A DNA stretch of 64,000 nt, from IMG/VR virus record IMGVR_UViG_3300002131_000090, positions 64,001-128,000 of that record; one strand, written 5' to 3'. Under the pieces are notes generated by a model, which was not told the DNA's origin, ran no database searches, and saw only the letters and a program-made list of their open reading frames with translations. This document shows, piece by piece, positions 61,024 through 64,000 of the stretch (position 1 is the first letter of the stretch; each line of letters opens with the position of its first letter). Source of the DNA: a virus. Made by a program: the position numbers and the translations under genes.

Positions 61024-62559
61024 CCTTAAATATGACGGTGGCTTCCATCCACCGGTATTTGCTTCTGTATTGTCACTGTAATTTACTGTTTGATCAGGAC
61101 CTTTTCCAATAGACGCGGTTTTTGCATTATTTACTGTAGCACTACGATATGTTGTTGCTCTATCTATTGCTGCTTGAGTTTGCTGTATTAATCTGTCGTT
61201 AGCGAAGTTTCCTGTTATTCTGTTTATACCACTATCTGTATTATCGTTATTTAAATAAGTTACTGTAATAGGAGATGTTGCTGTATTTGTTGGTCTTGAC
61301 GAAACTGTAATTGTTTTAGCATTAGTTTTAGGAGAAGATTGTCTGCCTGTAGATAATTTAACTGGTTGAGCGTTTAATAAGTCAGTAGAAACACGCCCAC
61401 CTAACGCACCCGCTAAAACACTGTTTAAACTTCCGTTACCTCCTATTATGGCGCCGATTGCACCGCCGATAGTTCCGCCAAACAGTTTACCAGCAATAGC
61501 ACCGCCAATAGCTCCCTTTAAACCGCCGCCGGATAATAATCCTCCAAGTGCTCCGCTGACAGCGCCGCCACCTCCTAACACGCTTCCAAGTGCTCCGCCT
61601 AATGCACCATTTGCTAAGTTAGATTCTAATCCACCTAATGCTTTAGAAAGATTAGCACCTAGCACGCCTGTGCCTTTTGCAAGGTCTAAAGTTCCTACTG
61701 ATATGCCTTTAGCTGAACTAGCAGTTGTAGCAGTTTTTGGTAATGGAGTGTTTGGTGAAACCCAACTTCTTCTTACTGTACTAATTCTTAATCTTGGATC
61801 ACCGACACTGAATGGTATTTTCATAATTTTCACAGTTCCGGCTTGATTACCACCTAATATTTCTATAGTTTTAGTATCAGGATTAAATGCTCTTACAAAG
61901 CCTATATGTGAAGACCCAAACAAACTATCAAGTATTATAATATCGTTTAATCTAATTTCGGCACCGGAATGGAACTTTATAGCATCTCCGTATTTTAAAT
62001 ATGCTCTTGGACTCATTGTTTCAAGAGACGGCAAGCCTGATTTATTTAATATCCAATTTACATAACATGCTGCCCAACTAAACTGACCTGTTCTTCCGTC
62101 TTTTGTAAAACCTCTTCCACTTATTTTATATGCTTCAATTATATTAGGATTTCCAGGATCGGCATTTTTAGTTTTCCAGTCCATAGTTAAAGATTTATTA
62201 ATCATAAAATCTAAACTGTCAAATCCTATTTTTTTGTTTGATTTTGTAATTTCAAGATCTGGCGTGATTTTTGGATTAAATCTTATAGAAGATCCATTGT
62301 TATTTAAACCACCTGCAGCTTGATCGCTACCAAAACCAATATCGGTATTACCAGCCAAATCGCTTATAAAAAAATCTTTTGGAAAACTATTAGTAATTAT
62401 AATCTCATCAAACAATTCTGATATCGGGACAATTGATGCAGAGGTAACGACTCCATTAAGACTATTTGTTACACCCTCAACATATTCTATAATTTCGTCT
62501 GCGCTTGGCAATGCTGCTACTGCATCTCCTACTAAATCTCCTATTGGTCCTAGTGCCAT
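61021..62559 (-). CDS. CHAP/NlpC-P60-like (TIGR02594-type) domain protein with glycine-zipper region
   Basis: NPNII...SWAACYVNWIL..SG...SHIGFV...ILGGNQ; Gly-rich GGxxG repeats; AGGAGA RBS. Confidence 0.7.
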   Translation of the reverse strand: MALGPIGDLVGDAVAALPSADEIIEYVEGVTNSLNGVVTSASIVPISELFDEIIITNSFPKDFFISDLAGNTDIGFGSDQAAGGLNNNGSSIRFNPKITPDLEITKSNKKIGFDSLDFMINKSLTMDWKTKNADPGNPNIIEAYKISGRGFTKDGRTGQFSWAACYVNWILNKSGLPSLETMSPRAYLKYGDAIKFHSGAEIRLNDIIILDSLFGSSHIGFVRAFNPDTKTIEILGGNQAGTVKIMKIPFSVGDPRLRISTVRRSWVSPNTPLPKTATTASSAKGISVGTLDLAKGTGVLGANLSKALGGLESNLANGALGGALGSVLGGGGAVSGALGGLLSGGGLKGAIGGAIAGKLFGGTIGGAIGAIIGGNGSLNSVLAGALGGRVSTDLLNAQPVKLSTGRQSSPKTNAKTITVSSRPTNTATSPITVTYLNNDNTDSGINRITGNFANDRLIQQTQAAIDRATTYRSATVNNAKTASIGKGPDQTVNYSDNTEANTGGWKPPSYLR

Positions 62560-62576
62560 GTTATTCTCCTGTTAAG

Positions 62577-63728
62577 TTACAATATATTCTTAAGAGCAAA
62601 TGCTTTCTCTGCAGCGTTAGCGCCGCCCGCTGACAGCTTGCCGCCGCCGCCGATACCTGCATTGAATGCTGCTACTTCAGAAAGTGTAGATTGTCCTTTT
62701 GTTGCCAATGCATCTGCTGCTGTAAATTTTGATAGCTTAACAGGTGATCCTGTTGCACTTGTAAATTGAGAAGCTGCACTTTTTGTTAAAGGAACTTTTC
62801 CAGTTGCTAATGCGTTCACTGTATTAGTAGCAAGTTCTGGACTTTCTGCATCGTTATCAAATAGATTACTAGTATTATTAGGATTCCTTAGCTGTCTAAA
62901 CGCAGATTTTATAGGAGTACTAAGCCATGTAGGCATTTCTGCATGTGGATTATCATTTCCCCAAAGTCCAAGAAGGCTTCTATTAAATCCGTTACCTGAC
63001 TTTCCGCCTAGCATATCTATGTGGATTGCATCTGTAGTCATGTAACTTCCGTCACTATTATGTCCAAAGGCTCTGGCACCGTATTTTAATGCAGCAACAC
63101 AGAATCTTATTATTGCGTTTTTGCCTTCTTGATTTTTAGAATCAGCTCTTACAACAGATCCACTAGTATTTTTAAAAGATATATAAATATCTCCTGCTAA
63201 TCCGCTGTCGTGTCTTACAGATCCAGTTCTCCAAGGCGTTCCGACGGTACCGGGCCTATTTTGGAAAGTGCCATCGACTAATTTTTGCCAGTTTTTTGTA
63301 CCAGGAATTAATCGTAAGTCTGTACGATCAGGCTTAGTAGCAAAATTTTCCCAATCTTGCTTTCCAGTTCCAAAGTTTTTTAAAACTTCTTGAGCTGCAG
63401 AAAATAACAATATGTTAACAATTCCCGAGTCAGCAGCGGCTGCATTTAACATGTTAATAAACTGATTTTTAGGTGGATCTGCTCTAGTGGCACTCGCGTA
63501 CTTATGTTCTACAACGTTTGTAAAAGTGCCGCCAGATGCTAGTCCAGGATCAGCACCACTGCCCGGTGTCGGTGGCGAATATGTTGTAATTGCCGGTACA
63601 AATCCTGCACCTGGTAGTCCTGGAAGACTAAGAGGAACTCCTCCAAAACTAGGAATAGAACTTGCGCCACCGCTTATTGGAAACTGTGAGTTATCAATGA
63701 TCGGGAATATTGAACTATCTTCTGCCAT
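62577..63728 (-). CDS. Putative Zn-peptidase (M15/LAS-type) virion hydrolase
   Basis: SVRHDSGLAGD (H-x6-D) and AIHID; low-complexity termini. Confidence 0.6.
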   Translation of the reverse strand: MAEDSSIFPIIDNSQFPISGGASSIPSFGGVPLSLPGLPGAGFVPAITTYSPPTPGSGADPGLASGGTFTNVVEHKYASATRADPPKNQFINMLNAAAADSGIVNILLFSAAQEVLKNFGTGKQDWENFATKPDRTDLRLIPGTKNWQKLVDGTFQNRPGTVGTPWRTGSVRHDSGLAGDIYISFKNTSGSVVRADSKNQEGKNAIIRFCVAALKYGARAFGHNSDGSYMTTDAIHIDMLGGKSGNGFNRSLLGLWGNDNPHAEMPTWLSTPIKSAFRQLRNPNNTSNLFDNDAESPELATNTVNALATGKVPLTKSAASQFTSATGSPVKLSKFTAADALATKGQSTLSEVAAFNAGIGGGGKLSAGGANAAEKAFALKNIL

Positions 63729-64000
63729 TATTGTTGATTTCCTGTTGATTGTGTTGCTTTACTAAAATTTGTAAATAAGGACGTAGCTGCTTGTTGTCTA
63801 GCACGTAATCTTTGATTACTTCTTTCAAAGAATCTATCCCAAGCTAACGCTGTGTTACTAGCATCTAGTAAACCGTTGCCGGTGTTAATACGTAAACGTT
63901 GAACATTTCTAGCTGCTATAATATCAAGTACGTTTAGTTCTTCTCGTATTGCAGTTAGTTGGTCTTCAAAGGTTGCATTTACAAGTCCTACTCTTACGCC
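63728..64000 (-). CDS. Partial (C-terminus only): phage tail lysozyme-like domain
   Basis: Not in the ORF track. Manual translation: GVRVGLVNATFEDQLTAIREEL...ASNTALAWDRFFERSNQRLRARQQAATSLF...*. QL..I..EL, F-ER and R...A fit tail lysozyme C-termini; TAATG overlap with the next gene. Confidence 0.55.
   Translation of the reverse strand, partial: GVRVGLVNATFEDQLTAIREELNVLDIIAARNVQRLRINTGNGLLDASNTALAWDRFFERSNQRLRARQQAATSLFTNFSKATQSTGNQQ

Noticed and set aside
469-63765. Numerous short plus-strand and nested ORFs in the six-frame track
   Set aside because: They are antisense or alternative-frame shadows of long genes with clear motifs, and have no recognisable domains.
1-64000. Stop-codon reassignment, introns/inteins, tRNAs, CRISPR arrays, IS elements
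   Set aside because: Genes tile the window in the standard code and use TAA, TGA and TAG as stops; the gaps are too short and no such signatures were seen.

Overview
AT-rich, densely packed segment of a large (probably jumbo) myovirus-type phage genome, almost entirely coded on the minus strand in the standard genetic code. The right half (about 35.2-64 kb) is a tail/baseplate module: three adjacent putative peptidoglycan hydrolases, gp25-like and gp6-like baseplate proteins, a 4639-aa virion protein and five fibre/collar-type proteins, with TAAATA late-type promoter motifs. Directly downstream (1-35.1 kb) is a continuous 'chemical modification' cluster that runs off the left edge of the window. 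It holds 11 complete radical SAM enzymes (9 with an N-terminal Twitch-like Cys domain) and a partial cobalamin-binding radical SAM-type gene missed by the ORF track. It also holds 4 putative 2OG-Fe(II) oxygenases, an amidinotransferase, a PLP enzyme, 2 methyltransferases, a sulfotransferase, an NDP-sugar epimerase, about 6 glycosyltransferase-like proteins and 4 SGNH-like proteins, with three near-consensus sigma70 promoters. The best working hypothesis is a phage-encoded pathway that builds and heavily tailors a glycan or similar adduct, possibly for the virion. A 105-bp diverged duplication records the insertion of the sulfotransferase cassette. All family calls come from motif recognition by eye; no searches were run.
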